Assembly (NCBI GenBank): GCA_048013815.1
Contig: CM106586.1
Location: 10,850,001-10,914,000, forward strand
DNA length: 64,000 nucleotides
Reading direction: 5' to 3'
DNA from: Setoptus koraiensis
Lineage: Eukaryota > Animalia > Arthropoda
Part shown: positions 24,701 through 38,159 of the stretch, in pieces
Numbering within the stretch: the first letter of the stretch is position 1
Layout: the number at the start of each line of letters is the position of its first letter
Notes under the pieces: model-generated
Told to the model about the DNA's origin: nothing
Seen by the model: only the letters and a program-made list of their open reading frames with translations
Database searches by the model: none
Program-made: the position numbers and the translations under genes

Positions 24701-27700
24701 GTTTGCCATGGACGATTGCAACAGGGTCGAGTTGCGTATTGTGTCGGGATCGCAAAAATACGCAATGGTTACAACGCGTTCCACGGCCCGGAAACGCGAC
24801 AGCCACTGGTCGTTGTTGAAATCTTGCTCCACTAATTCGCGAAACAATCGTACGCCCCACGGAAGTGTTATGCAATGCAATAGTAACGGTACGCAAATTC
24901 GCGCTATTTCGCTAGATTCCAGTTGGCACAGTGACCACAATTTGCCCATTAGCATATTGTGCTGACACCAAATAATGAATTGGGGCTGCGATTTGGCCGC
25001 CTTGCCCAACACCTGAGAGTGCAGCGATATGAGCTTTATCATTTGCAACAGCTGACACACAATGTCGGGCGTTTGGTACTGGTGAAACTGAATCAACAGA
25101 TTGTAGGTGAGCTGCAGCTCGCTTGATAGCGAGCTCAGTATTTCCGGCCGCAGCGTCGGCCCGAAGTAGCTGGGCGAGAAGGGCGAATTGGGCTGCGGAT
25201 TGAGCGGGCCGGGCGAGTACAGCAGATAATCGGACGATTGTTGCTGTTTGAGCTGCTGTTGCTGCTGCTGGCCTGCTGGCTGCGAAAAATCAAACTTTGT
25301 CGCAACGGGGGCCCGGCCGGCCTGGCCCCCGGTCAGCGGAGCGTCGCCGCCGGCCGGCGCCGCGGACGCGGGACCCGGCGCAAAGTTGCTGTAACAGCTC
25401 ATTGTTTGCTGGCTGGCCATCATCTGCTGATAGTTTTCGGGCCGCGAGCAGAACTCGCCGTTGGCCGCGTCTTGGCTCACCTCGCAAATGCTCACTTCGA
25501 TGGTGGGCGAAAAATAGTTGATGAGCGTCGAGGCCAACTGGTAAAAGGTGCTGATCATTTCGCAAAAAACGCACGACTCGTACACGTCCTCCTGTTCGAA
25601 GCCCTCGATGCAGTGGCTGAACGCGTTCGGATTCACGTCCGCGCCCTGGTCCGCGCCGCCGGGCGACTTAGCGCCGGGTCCCGGCGCTGCGGCGGCGGCC
25701 GCCGCCGCTGCCTGCTGAATGGCCTCAATGCTGGCCTCGACGGAACCGGCCGACTGGCCGGCGTTTTCGCCCGCGAGCACGTTGTCGCTGCACGTGTGCT
25801 TGCCGATCCACGGCGTGGTGATGATGTCGTTGAGCAAATTGATCGCTTGCTGGGCCTCGCGGCCGTCGAGGCCCTTCTGGGCGGCCACTTCCTGCAGGTC
25901 CAGTTGCTTGAGCAGAATGTCCACCATGAGTATGTAGCAGATGAGGTTGCTGTCGATCTGGTTGAGCCACTCGGACTGGGCCGCCTGCTGTTTTTGGGCG
26001 CCGCCGCAATCGTGGCCGCCGGCCGGCTTGCCCGCAAGCTCGTCCGCCGCCTGGGGCCCGCCGCTGACCTGCTTGTGCAGCGCTTGGTGCAGCGGGCCCG
26101 ACGGACCGGCTGCTGTCGCGGGCACGGCGCTCGCGCTGCCCGGATACTTTTGTACGGCGGTCTTTTTGCTGGCGGCGGCGGCGGCCGGCGACGCCTTGGG
26201 CGGCGACCCGACCAGCGGATCGGCGCCCGGCTGCCCGGCCAGCAGCTTGTTGCTAGCGGCCGAGCTCGATGCGGACAGCTTGCTAGTGTGCTGCAGCAGC
26301 TGCTGCGAAAAGATGGTCTTGGCGTCGGCCGCTGTTTCGGGCGTGGGCGTGGGCGGAATGGTGTCGTTGTCGTCGCTGGTGGTGTCGCCGTTGCCCGTCA
26401 TTTCGCTGTCGACGTTGCCCGTGGTGGTGTTGTTGTCCATGTTTGAGTCCTCGTTGTCGGACGAGCCGTTGTTGTTGTGACCGTGGATAGTTTTGTTGCC
26501 GCGCTCGGGGGCGCTTGCGTCGGCGCTGGGGCCCGGCGCGGTGCTGCTGTGTGCGCAAATGTCCGAGAAGCGGTCAATTTCGGCCAGCTTTGACGCGATG
26601 CGCATTCTGTTGAGCTCGTGCGAGCGCATTATCGCCAGCGATTTCACGCCCGACTTGAGCATCTTGTACAGAAAATCGATTGGTATGGGTATCTCGAGCA
26701 TGGTGAGTATTTGCAGCCAATACAGGGTCTGTTCTTGGTCGCCGTGGTTTGTGTTGGACGAATCCTCGAATCTGTTGCTAATGAACGAGTACATTTGTGT
26801 TGTTTCGAAGCCCAACGGGCTCAGCTCCGGATCGAACACCTTGCTGAGCAGTATCTTGAGCTCGCTGAGCTCGTTTTCGGGCACCTCGTGCCGGAAGCAC
26901 TCCATCCAGTAGGGCATTATGAGGTCCCAGACGTCGTCGGTGATGATGTCGTACGGGACGAGGCACAGCAGCCGCTTGAAGCCCTCCTTGATCTGGTGCG
27001 CGGTGTCCGGCCACACCTCCCAGTGGCCGCCGATTTTCGAGCAGTCTATCGGATGGGGCAACAGGCACGATATAAACACGTCCTTGCGCTCCTTTTTTAC
27101 CTCCATTATCCAGCCCTTGATGCATTCGCCCTTCAACTTTTCCAGGGCGCTGCCCGCCTGATCGTCGGGCAAACAAGCCGTGAAATGGAACCACTGGAAC
27201 AGCATGCCCAGCAGCCTACCGAGCAGTTCGTTATTGATTTCGCTCACCGACTTACACAGGCCCGTCATGAGCCAAATGCCGTACTGACTGATGAGCTGAC
27301 GCTCCTCGGTCGCTATAGTCAGGTCGCGATTGTCCGTGCTAAACTGCGACGTTGGGCCCATCAGCGATCGCAAATATCGCTCGCTGTCCTTGGAGGGCCT
27401 ATCGGCGGGAATGGCCTCCTTCAGCAAACTGATAATGGCCTCAATGAAATTGTTTATGTTTTCCTCATTGTCCATAATGTTTATCATGAGCGACGAGTGC
27501 GTTATGTGATTCTGTAGCGTTTCGTCGAAATTGTTTTTCTCCGACGGTGTGTGCTTCAAATACAAACATTCCTTGCAATACCTGATCGGTTTCTTGCAGT
27601 TGTAATTGGCGCACTCAATGTCGAAACAAGTGCCAATGGCCGTCTTGTCGACCGATTGACACTTCTTGTTCTCACAATAGTCGCTAATTTGCTCCATGGG

Positions 27701-28906
27701 CAACAGCAAATCAATGAACTTGGCCTGGTCGTCCGTGCGAATGGCCTGGCTAGCGGCCCCGGCCCCGGCCGGCTGAATAGCGTCCGCCAGTGGCGCAAAG
27801 TTTTCCTTTTGGCAACTGTTAAATTGATCCTTGTATATCTGACCCACACAGTCTAAACAGATCAACATGGGCGGCGGATGATCGCACAAATTGATCGATA
27901 TGGCAAAATCTAGACACATTTTGACGGCCTCATTGTCGGCTATGGTGCAAGAACAATTCTTGTTTTGGCACTTGGATGGCACCCAGCTCACGTGCTTGCT
28001 CTTGAGGGCCTTCCGGTCCTGTGCGCTGGGATTTATGTCGGGCCAGTAGCGAAATAATATCTCGACGGCCGGACAGCGGGCTCGCGTTGTTCCGTACGCT
28101 ATGACGAACAACAGATCCTCGAACACGTTCTGTTTCAGCTTCATCAGACACTCCACCAGTTGGCTGTGATAAGCGGGCTCCGAAATGTAATGAAACGATA
28201 TCATGAGTATGCTGGCCACGCTTAAATTTGCAAAATCGCCGCACGCGCCAGACTGAAAATCTAGCTCTTTGCTGATGGTTGCGTCCGATTTTGTTGTTTG
28301 TTGCGTTGGTTTAACCGTCAATTGATTGCTATTCTGGCTCTTGGCTTGGTTTGTGGGGCCCGGCTTGGCGAAGTCCGAGTTACCGTTGTGGTGCTGGTGG
28401 TGCTGTTGTTGTTGTTGCTGTTGTTGCTGGTCAATGGTGAAAGGAAGCAAATTGTAACACAGTGTGTCGAGCAATTCCTTGTGTATGCTAACTGGAAACG
28501 ATATCAGTGTTGAGGTCAACAAATAGGGCAGTGTCTCCATGTAGGAATGCTCCAGAAATGGCATTAGACAGGCCAACAGATTCAATAATTGTTCGCCCAG
28601 CACGTCGGTGTTTGTTTGCACCAATGGAAATATGTCAATCAATTGAACAATAATATTGTATAGTCCGACATAGTCAAAATTAGGCAACATGGCCAATCTG
28701 GACTTGTCTTTATCACGGGCATGTAAGGGTATGTTTTCGATGTCCTTGAAGTCTTTGAAGTCTCTCAATACTTGACAAAAATAACGTAACATGTTTGACA
28801 TTTCAATGCCGGTGGGCTGTGGCAAAATACCGTTTTGTATGCGGTGTATGTGATCCTGCAGATTGGATATTTTGCCGGCGAAGGCGGCGGCACGAGTGCC
28901 CATCAT
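18702..28906 (-). CDS. UNC79: UNC79 (NALCN channel complex subunit), about 3318 aa; exons 28906-19178 and 18929-18702
   Basis: N-terminus MGTRAAAFAGKISNLQ; motifs LFVIAYGT, LFRYWP, LFQWFHFTA, WLSRFRAVERV, LTWDFFLNRFDTLFLEAQI, RDTFGGHVKAGISQFLAIEI. Intron 19177-18930 (GTAAGT...ACAG, phase 0) joins the terminal exon YLPQWNS...WLEKVQYKMAHIEIQSSQAAPIYCV*. Confidence 0.95.
18964..19055. repeat. 17-bp minisatellite x5.5 inside the single UNC79 coding intron
   Basis: Units T(T/C)CGGTTGCGCACGAGT x2, then T(T/C)CGGTTGCGCGAGATT x3, then a partial unit. Confidence 0.9.
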
Positions 28907-29849
28907 TTTGTTGTGTTTTTGTTGTGTTTTATCTCTTTCTCTACTAATAAAAAAGGCCTTCGTGCAGGGCTGCTGTCGTTCTGAATTTTGTCAATTTTCC
29001 CTGTCACCAACTAGGCAGATATTTCGCAACTGACCAAATTATTATTTACATGTATATGTGATATTTAAAAGTATATATATATATGTGACGAATGCTCACT
29101 GTCGGCCTGAATCCGATGTGCAATTATTGGCACTTTTCTGTATCGTTGTTTGGTTGCTTGTGCGGTTTATTTCTCAGTTCTTTGCTCTGCTTGTTCGACG
29201 TTTGTTCGACGCTTCTTCGAGAATCAGCATTATCTAATCTGGTTCCGTTGGACAATCTAATCACTTGTTCCAATGCTGGTCCGCTTGCCACCATGTGCCA
29301 CCGATATTCGTGTCGATTGGTGCATTCTTTCAATGCTGAGGCTACGATTGAACACCAGTTGTTGTTTATATAAATACTGTTAGTTTTGATTCAGATCTAG
29401 GCAGCGGCCAAATGCCAGAGTGAATCGCACCATTTCCAGCCAACTCCATTCATGCAATTCTTAGCCGCCATTGCGCCTTCTCTCCGAACGGGCTTGCGCC
29501 CAAGATAAGGCCCAGTTTTGAAGCACATCGGGGCGCACGCAAATTCGCGCAACACACACACACGCACGCACACACACACACACACGCACGCCAGACCATC
29601 GAAAGAAACTCGTCCTCGAAGCATCCACTACAACATTACGTAACACCACAAGAACACGTTCTTAAGCATCTCTCAATTGTCTGACGCGCTCATTCGGGCC
29701 AGCTCGCCAGATTTCATTGACTGTCTTATTCATTGTCGGCCGCATTGAATTGTCCAACAAATTGTATGGGCTTGCTAGCTGCATAATTGCAGTAGCTCCA
29801 TCTCGAACATTGTATCGCCCGACAATCATGCTCAAATATCAGCGAGATA

Positions 29850-31035
29850 ACGCAACCGAGTGGCACGAGTGTCGCGAGGGAGCACCCCTTTTTTGTTGGC
29901 TTGCCAAAGCCGAATCCTTTTGTTCATGTCGAAACTTGCACTTGTTACTAAACATTTTGCTGTGTTTACATTAATGCCAAACTACTTGTTAGATCAAACA
30001 TTTCTCACGATTTACGTCGCGCAAAGTGTGCTATATTGATGGAGACATAGCGCACTAATTTCAACAAAGAGACAGCATAGAAGTGAGAAACAAAATGGGA
30101 AAACATCGTCCATATATCACATCATTGAGATCCGCAACTGAGTGGCGCGAGCGTCACAAGGGAGCATCTTTTTTGATTGCCTTACCAAAGTCGGATCAGT
30201 CTATCCATGTCGAAACTCGCACTTGTTATCAGAATTTTGCTGTGTTAACAGTCATACCCCTTGAAATTCAAGTCTTGAATCAATTTGATTTCTCATGATT
30301 TACGACACGCAAAGGGTGCTATATTGATGGAGACATAGCGCACTAATTTCAACAAAGAGACAGCATAGAAGTGAGAAACAAAATGGGAAAACATCGTCCA
30401 TATATCACATCATTGAGATCCGCAACTGAGTGGCGCGAGCGTCACAAGGGAGCATCTTTTTTGATTGCCTTACCAAAGTCGGATCAGTCTATCCATGTCG
30501 AAACTCGCACTTGTTATCAGAATTTTGCTGTGTTTACAGTCATACCCCTTGAAATTCAAGTCTTGAATCAATTTGATTTCTCATGATTTACGACACGCAA
30601 AGGGTGCTATATTGATGGAGACATAGCGCACTAATTTCTACAAAGAGACAGCATTGAAGTGAGAAACAAAATGCGAAAACATCGTCCATATATCACATCA
30701 TTGAGATCCGCAACTGAGTGGCGCGAGCGTCACAAGGGAGCATCTTTTTTGATTGCCTCACCAAAGTTGGATCAGTCTATCCATGTCGAAACTCGCACTT
30801 GCTTTCAGAATTTTGCTGTGTTTACAATCATACTAGCCCTCTCGAAATTCAACTCTTGAATCAATCCGATTTCTCACAGTTCACGACTTGAAAAGTATGT
30901 TGTATTGATCGATGAATAGCGCAGTCATTTCAATAAAAAGATAGGATTGAATCCAGAAATAAACCGTCCCAAAAAACAGAAAAATATTATCAAATTAACA
31001 TGTTAATGCGCTCAGCAACCGAGTGGCGCGAGCCG
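29850..31035. repeat. 288-bp tandem repeat array: three near-identical central units with degenerate flanking units
   Basis: Anchor motif (C/A)GCAAC(C/T)GAGTGGC(G/A)CGAG at 29851, 30133, 30421, 30709 and 31014 (spacings 282, 288, 288, 305). Confidence 0.95.
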
Positions 31036-31159
31036 AGTGTTTCTCAATGAAATACTTCTGAATCAAATCCGCTACTGGCAGTTTTGTTTTTTGCAAAGGG
31101 ATATGAGATGTAAAACACAAAATATACGCGACGGAAATCATCCTGTTTTATTTTATGCA

Positions 31160-34100
31160 TCATAAATTATTTTCACGATATAATATCAAGGAGCAACGCA
31201 AAGAAAACATTAGTTGCTTGAATTCCCTCTCCAGGGCGTCTAATCTTTTCAAAGTCATGGTAGAGGTCTGACTGAGTTTTTCGTCGCTTCTAAATTCCTC
31301 AACTCTATTCTTTGTCTCTTGTCTGGAGCGATTTATCTTGTCCATAACCTCGTTGAACCATTGATAGCTTTCAAATTGATTTGTTTGATCCAATATAGTA
31401 AGTATGAATGCAACTCCGATGGGAAATCCATCGTCGCTCAATGCAGAGCCTATCCTGTTGTTGACAGTTCGAGAAGATAAACGTTCCTTACAAGCCATTA
31501 TATAGTGCACATAGTTTATAGTAAGCGCAGGTAATATGATGGAGAAATTCTTCAAATGATCACTTTTATTCAAGTTACTGCTACTTGTTGTTGACGATGA
31601 TATGCTTCCACTTTGATTTGCAGATGATGAAAGTTCGCTCGATTCACCTGTCATGGCGGAAGTATCCGAGTTACCCATGGGTTTATCTGCGTGTGTAGCC
31701 CGAAATGTTTCTCTGAATACCGACACCAATATAGAGAAATAGTTAGTTTTTGAAGTGAAATTCTTATTCAGGTCCTCTAGGCATAAGTCGAAATTTTCTG
31801 TAGCTTTTATGAGAACCGGTTCGTCGGGATATTCCGTTTTTGCCGATTCTAGCAAGCGCAACTCATTTAAATCATCCAGATCAGGTATAAAGTTCACAGA
31901 TTCAGATACACAATTCAAGGCTCCACTCCTGAGCATTCTCACAAAAGCCAATGCATTACCAATTTGGGTGATGTTATTACGTAAAACGTCCAAATAATTG
32001 ACGGAGTTAGATTGAACGCTAGTATCTCCGGCTTGTTCTTGGTGTTGAGGCAAACTATGTTTTTTCAAATAATTCAATAGACGGTCGGCTCTCTCATATG
32101 AGTATTTGTCGTCACCTGGTGTACCATTAGAATTGATATTTTCTTTAAAATTGCACATATCCTTTGTAAGTCGCAATCTGACGTGTTCATCGTGCAGATA
32201 TTGAGAAAAAGCACTCAATTGTCTCCTTAATAATTGATAAGTAAAATTAACAGCCGTGTTGATTATACCAAAACCATGAGTTTTGATTGAATTGGCCACA
32301 TGCTTGATCAACACCACATTCAACTGTCTATTGAAATAATGTTGTTGTTGTCTATTGCTGATGATACTTTGATTACTATTGTCATTCTGTGGATTTCCTA
32401 TGATGGTCTTTTCAATAAACATTTGATTGTGAAGATTGTGGTTATATCGTGCCACAAACAAACTAAGATTACGGGTAATGCCCAAAATATCTAAGCCTTG
32501 CTCTAATGTCTGGGTGGGCAATTGATTATCGACAAACGTCAAGCCATACTTGTGCCGAGCCATATTCATCATGGTATCGTAGGTGAACCAATCGTGTCGT
32601 GCAATTGAAGTTAAATTGTAACAAATCTTATCCAGATGATATTCAACCTCTTGTTTGATCGAGATGAAGTTATCAAAGTAGCGAAGAGGAACGCAGCTTA
32701 GAAGCCTCTTGAAATTGTATAAGTGCCTTTTGAACGGACTCTGGTCATTCAGTTGTAAATCGCGATGTGTTTGTAAGCGTAGTTCAGTTTCAAATTCTTG
32801 GCAAATCTTATCTAAGAAATCTATCCTCAGTCTTTCGTATATGTCCTTCTCAACGTTGTTCATTAATTCTTGGCCTATCTCTTTTAGTGATTGTGTTGAC
32901 TCGTTACTGGTTGCTTCCATGGCGTCATCAATTTCTGCGGGCTCATCGGCATGGAAATTCAACACTTGTTCATCAATCATGTACAAACGTTTAATATCTG
33001 ACAAGGACAACAGAAAATATCTTAACTCATCTAGTGGGCACGGGTTCTCCTCAAGGCAATAGTTGAAGTAGGTACCAAATGTTGGAATGCTCCAGTAAAG
33101 AAAACTACAGTCGGCACTAGCAGATAAATACTCATAGATGCGCAAGTCGAAAGATTGCGATAACGAGTTGAGTTTAGATATCTCAGAACTTTCCAACACT
33201 GGTGCAATAACAGGTAGACAAAGTGATATCAGTATTTGTCTCGCATTAGTTAACATTGAGCCATTCAAGCAATTTGCAGTTAATATAATAGCGGAAATCA
33301 TATCCAACTTCTTTTCTGAATACTTGTGTACTTGATTGCTAAGTTTTCTCCTCAATGAAGACATCAATCGTAATAGTTGTGTAGATCTAAGCTGATTCAA
33401 ACGAATGATAGATTCCTGGATGAGTGACTTGTGTCGCTCAAAACTAACCTGAATGGACTTGATCAACGGGATCATACGGAGAACTGATATTAGGTTGGAT
33501 TTAGTCATTGGTTTGGCATGATGAAGATAGATAGCCATTAAAGATTTCACATAGTACACCATCATATTGATCAAGCTTATGCCGCTCTTGTATAAACTAG
33601 CTCTGGATTCAAGCGTGTGGATGTAGTTCTCTGATAATTCTTTGTGTTTCATTGACTCCGTTTCAAAATCAACCAACCAATAAGTTACGCGAGATGTGAA
33701 TATTTTAAGATCTTTTTCTATAGGCACTCGTAATAATGAATCTCGCTGACTAGACAACGAATTTAAAAAGCTCTTATCAATCATAGACTTGGAAACATGC
33801 CGGGCGAGAAATTTCTCCAATAAAATATATGAATTTGATCCGAATAAATGTATCAAATAAAGTTCTTTGCGTTTCTGACAATCCATTATATTACGCAACA
33901 GCCTCCTGTCTTCCTTTTTGAATATCCAAGTGTAAACAATAAAAATACTTGATATTCCTAACAATTTTTGATCATCACGCCGTAACAAACTGGAACTTGG
34001 GGTATAACTAGTTGGGGAAGACTGCATGATTCGTTCCAAAGAATACTTGATAAAGTTGTTCAGGTGATCCATGAATTGATTGTCGATGGGAAGCGTCTTT

Positions 34101-35108
34101 GGTGACACTGTTTGCATTTGCTCTATGCACTGACTGAATATTGATTTCTTTTCGTCGAGAAGATTGATATCAATTTGATTGATGAATCTCGACAATGTTT
34201 GCAGTTTGCTTATTTGATTCTGCATATCCACCAAAGTAGGATTCGCTAATATTGTGTCAATAGTTCGTTTGTAATTGATCAGATTCAACCTGAGATTTGT
34301 GTGATTAGTTAAAATATCGTCCAAGCTGATTAAAGTTACCAGCAATTCCATAAGACTCACAAATATAGCATTGAACATTGTATTTGAAGGTAAATCTGGC
34401 ACTATCATTTTGGATGGCACAGAGTTGTTTGAGATCAGGCAGAGGTAACGGTGCATCTGGCTTATTGTAGATTTTATAACAGTAAAACAATGGTCAACAA
34501 AATTGAGAAGATCACGCATCAATGGCAATATGTCCGAGACCAGGTTGAGTTCAGTGATCAATTGCGTATTGGTAACAGATAATCTCGAGCCCGGTTGCGT
34601 TGGAGTATACTGTTTGTTGGCCATTTTGGTTCCATAGGCATAGGTCATGATTGCTTTCATGTAATATTCGATGGCTTCAATGGACAAAAAGTTCATTTCA
34701 TTGATGCACGTGGCGAAAACTAGCATCATCTTGGACAGTTGACTATTACCACAGGTCGCCAGTAATTCTTGCAGGTCGGTTCTTTCTGTTACGTCATCAT
34801 CAATATATGAGAATAAGCTCGTTGATTCAGCTGTGAAATTGGTGAAAAATTTGCTATTCTCAGCGTTTATTACACGTTTGCCATCAGTCAACTTGTTGAT
34901 GAGATCTCGATATTCTAAAGCAACGTCTTTATCTGTGTCAACTGTACATACGAAAGTGAAACACAACATCGAGGAAGGTTGAGATTAGACCAAGCTTTAT
35001 AATTGACTAGGTTGAACAGGATGCCCGTTAAGTATGTAAAGCTGGAAACAACTTACCCTCGAGAAACCTGTCGAAGTCGGTTCGTGATGTTCCGCCGGTG
35101 GAGGACAT
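31160..35108 (-). CDS. WASHC4: WASH complex subunit 4 (SWIP/KIAA1033), about 1277 aa; exons 35108-35057 and 34941-31160
   Basis: Motifs LDKICQEFETELRLQTH, QTLEQGLDILGITRN, HVANSIKTHGFGIINTAVNFTYQLLR, QIGNALAFVRMLRSG, DDGFPIGVAFIL. A short first exon MSSTGGTSRTDFDRFLE has a GTAAGT phase-1 donor and a matching acceptor (an alternative AG lies 9 nt downstream). Confidence 0.93.
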
Positions 35109-36769
35109 TATCGGTTGGTCCCCCCTCAATTAATTGAATTGGTCTCAACTTCATTCAATGTGTGAGTGTATGAGTGAGTGCGTGTGTTGTAGCCGCGTCT
35201 ACAACAACAATACTCATGAAGATATTGGGTTGCCTATATGGATGTGCCAGGGCGGAATGTTTATAATATCATATCATATAAGTATTTCTTATTGACAACA
35301 TTGAAGGAAAGTTGTGTGTGCAAACCAACCATCTAGATCCATTTTATGCAATTGAAAGTTATTGATTGTTCATGCTGATAAGGTTCACATGTAATGGAAA
35401 AAAATAAATCAGCTGACAGTCATGCTTGCTATGCGTCGCGTTCGTGCCCGACAACGATTGTCGCCGATGTGGAGAATCCAGCAGTCTTGTATCCAAACGA
35501 AGCGGCCATGATAAGTTGTCGGTACAATTTGCGACTAGTTACGGGTGTAAGTTGACATGTCAATCCCTTTAAACTCTCAAATCTCCCTTTTGTGAGTGTA
35601 TAATGTGATCTATGGGGATATAATGACGGAATGGTGGTTGATTAATTTATATTCACATGCGGATGTAAACAAACGCAATATCGTCGCTCTGGTCAGTTGC
35701 AAGTTGTATGTGTTTGTGCGCAAAAAGTATTGTGTGCACAAAAAAGGTGAAGAGGAATTCGCCGGCAAATTCAATGTAGCTGATCGACTGTGATTTGTGA
35801 ACGCAATGAATTTCGAGCGGCCGAACAGGGAGCAAGTTTGATGTGGGTCAGCTGGTGAATGCGCATACTGACTGTGAGCATTTGTGGAATCCGTTGCTAT
35901 TCGTGTCTGCGCAAAATGTATCACACTTACAATCATCTTGCACCGAGCTTGCACTAACAAGAAATCTTTTGCGATAGCTAGTCAAGAGGGCGCTGAAAGT
36001 AGCAGATTTCGCCAAGGTTGTCCTGCTCGAGTTTTAATATTCAGTGCTTGCAGTATTGGTAACACAGTACACAGTAACAATCAATGTGTTTGCTCGGAAT
36101 CCACCAGGGAATACTGACGTCACTTTGCGCCCCGAGCGGCAGCCTCTCAAAGTGGGCTCGCAACAATTGAAGAACTCAGCGTAGTATAACAACCAGTAGC
36201 CTGATCCCTTGTGTTTCTACGGTTTCTTTCTCGGTATCAAGTGAGTCATCTTGTATGCTAACCACTTGTTTATATCTACATTATCACTATTAACACTTTC
36301 ATTATTATCATTCGTTGTTGTTGCCGACGAGCAATCTCAACGTTTTATTTGGGCCACACTTGTCTATTTTTCAATAACATATTATATGAAATAATACAGT
36401 TGATACGATAGAAAACTGTAAATCAATTGCAACGACAAAGGCAAAGAAGGCACAACAACAACAAAAATAGAAAACCTTTTATAGAGGTAAGGCCATACTA
36501 TTTTTTATCACCACGCGACCTGTAGGGAGAACGAAGGCACCCAGCATTGGATTTTTATCATTGTAATCATATCAAGCATCCGAATCAGTAGAATATCAAT
36601 TGAAACTAACGAATGAATTAATCATATCAATTATTCAAATCAGTCAAATATCCATTAGAACTAACAAACGAATATCATTGTCATTATTACTAATACTGGA
36701 TCGCATGAGCTTTAGAAAATCTTGATTTTTGCATTCAAAAATATTGACGAACAAATAACAGATCAAATC

Positions 36770-37519
36770 ATGGCTACATCAGGCTACGAGGACCCAGAAA
36801 CAGGCCTACCCAAACATAGCGATGCCTATTTAAATCAGGGAAGTTTCTTATTTGACACCAAGCAAGTCAGATTGAGATTTGTCAGAAAGGTCTACAGCAT
36901 TCTGGGTGTACAGCTCCTACTGACAGTTGGAATAGTGTCCCTGTTTGCTCTACATAAAGGTGTTAATCTGTGGGCAAAACAAAACAGTTGGTTTGTCATG
37001 GCAGCGTTTGTCGTGTCATTCATCATGATGTTAGTTATTGCTTGTGGCGAGAAGCTTAGAAGAAAATTCCCTCACAACATAATATTATTATTTTTCTTTA
37101 CGGTGGCCGAATCACTGATGGTTGGAGCTCTGACCGTGGCATTCGATACCAAGATACTATTCATTGCTGGGGCTATGACAGCGGGCGTAGTATTGGCACT
37201 AACAGCATTTGCCATGCAAACTAAAATTGATTTCACAGTATTCAATGGTATCATGGTAGTAGTAGGCATGGTCTTCTTCTTGTCGGCCATGATAGCTATG
37301 TTCTTTCCTCCTAGCAAACTAATGGTGCTGGTCATATCATCAATAGGAGCCTTGATAGTATCTTGCTACTTAGTCATAGACACTCAAATGATTGTTGGTG
37401 GAACTCATTCAGTGCAGATATCGCCCGAGGAATATATATTTGCTGCTTTGAGCCTATACTTGGACATCATTAATTTGTTCCTATACATCTTGACTATATT
37501 GAGCGGATCTAGAGACTAA
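36770..37519 (+). CDS. Lifeguard/TMBIM (Bax inhibitor-1 family) membrane protein, 249 aa, intronless CDS
   Basis: VRLRFVRKVYSILGVQL, multiple TM helices, and the C-terminal signature SPEEYIFAALSLYLDIINLFLYIL. The paralog (TMBIM1/2/3) cannot be resolved by eye. Confidence 0.93.
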   Translation: MATSGYEDPETGLPKHSDAYLNQGSFLFDTKQVRLRFVRKVYSILGVQLLLTVGIVSLFALHKGVNLWAKQNSWFVMAAFVVSFIMMLVIACGEKLRRKFPHNIILLFFFTVAESLMVGALTVAFDTKILFIAGAMTAGVVLALTAFAMQTKIDFTVFNGIMVVVGMVFFLSAMIAMFFPPSKLMVLVISSIGALIVSCYLVIDTQMIVGGTHSVQISPEEYIFAALSLYLDIINLFLYILTILSGSRD

Positions 37520-38159
37520 GTCAGTGGCGATAGGCTGACTAAATGATCGTCGCGTAACTTGACAATATCCACTTACCTATCAATGGAACCATCATCACTA
37601 TTATTGTAGGAATACAGGACGCTTAATGTAGACGTATCATTCAGTCACTTAGCACTCAAGGGTCGAGTCATCAAATTGAACAAAGACAAATAATGTTTCT
37701 TGCAAACGTATCACCGAATACCCTCTCTCTCTCTCTCTCTCTACAGCGAAAATACTGTCATAAAAAACCTAAATCCAGAGTACAAATTTTGATTTGAGGC
37801 TGTCCACGGAATATAGCAAAAAACGCGAACAAATCAATATTTAATATCAAAGCACATATATGTTTGCATATTTAAGTATATCTATGAATTTATATATAAA
37901 TGTATTCATATACATATGTGTTTATTGCTTTAAAGTACCAGTAATCTATAATGAGTGATAACGAGTAAGCTGATATCAAAGCACTTTAGATTGTATCCAT
38001 TATTTGCATCGAGGTACAATCTCAATGTATCGTTGTAATTTGTTAGTACTAATTAAAGATTGCAAATTATACGTGGCGATTTGTTCTCTAGTGCCTGCAC
38101 AAAATCACAAATGATGAGTTCGTGGATAGCTTAATAATTTGTCAAAAGTCGGACGGAAG

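Noticed and set aside
19454-28513. Many long antisense and alternate-frame ORFs over UNC79 (up to 402 aa)
   Set aside because: Expected shadow of a GC-rich, codon-biased CDS; none has recognisable motifs.
30083-30859. Three repeated 66-71-aa ORFs (MRNKMGKHRPY...)
   Set aside because: They are by-products of the 288-bp repeat: GTG starts, no recognisable domain, and the frame is not maintained in the outer units.
18964-31035. CRISPR-like appearance of the 17-bp and 288-bp arrays
   Set aside because: Units are contiguous with no unique spacers, there are no cas genes, and the context is eukaryotic.
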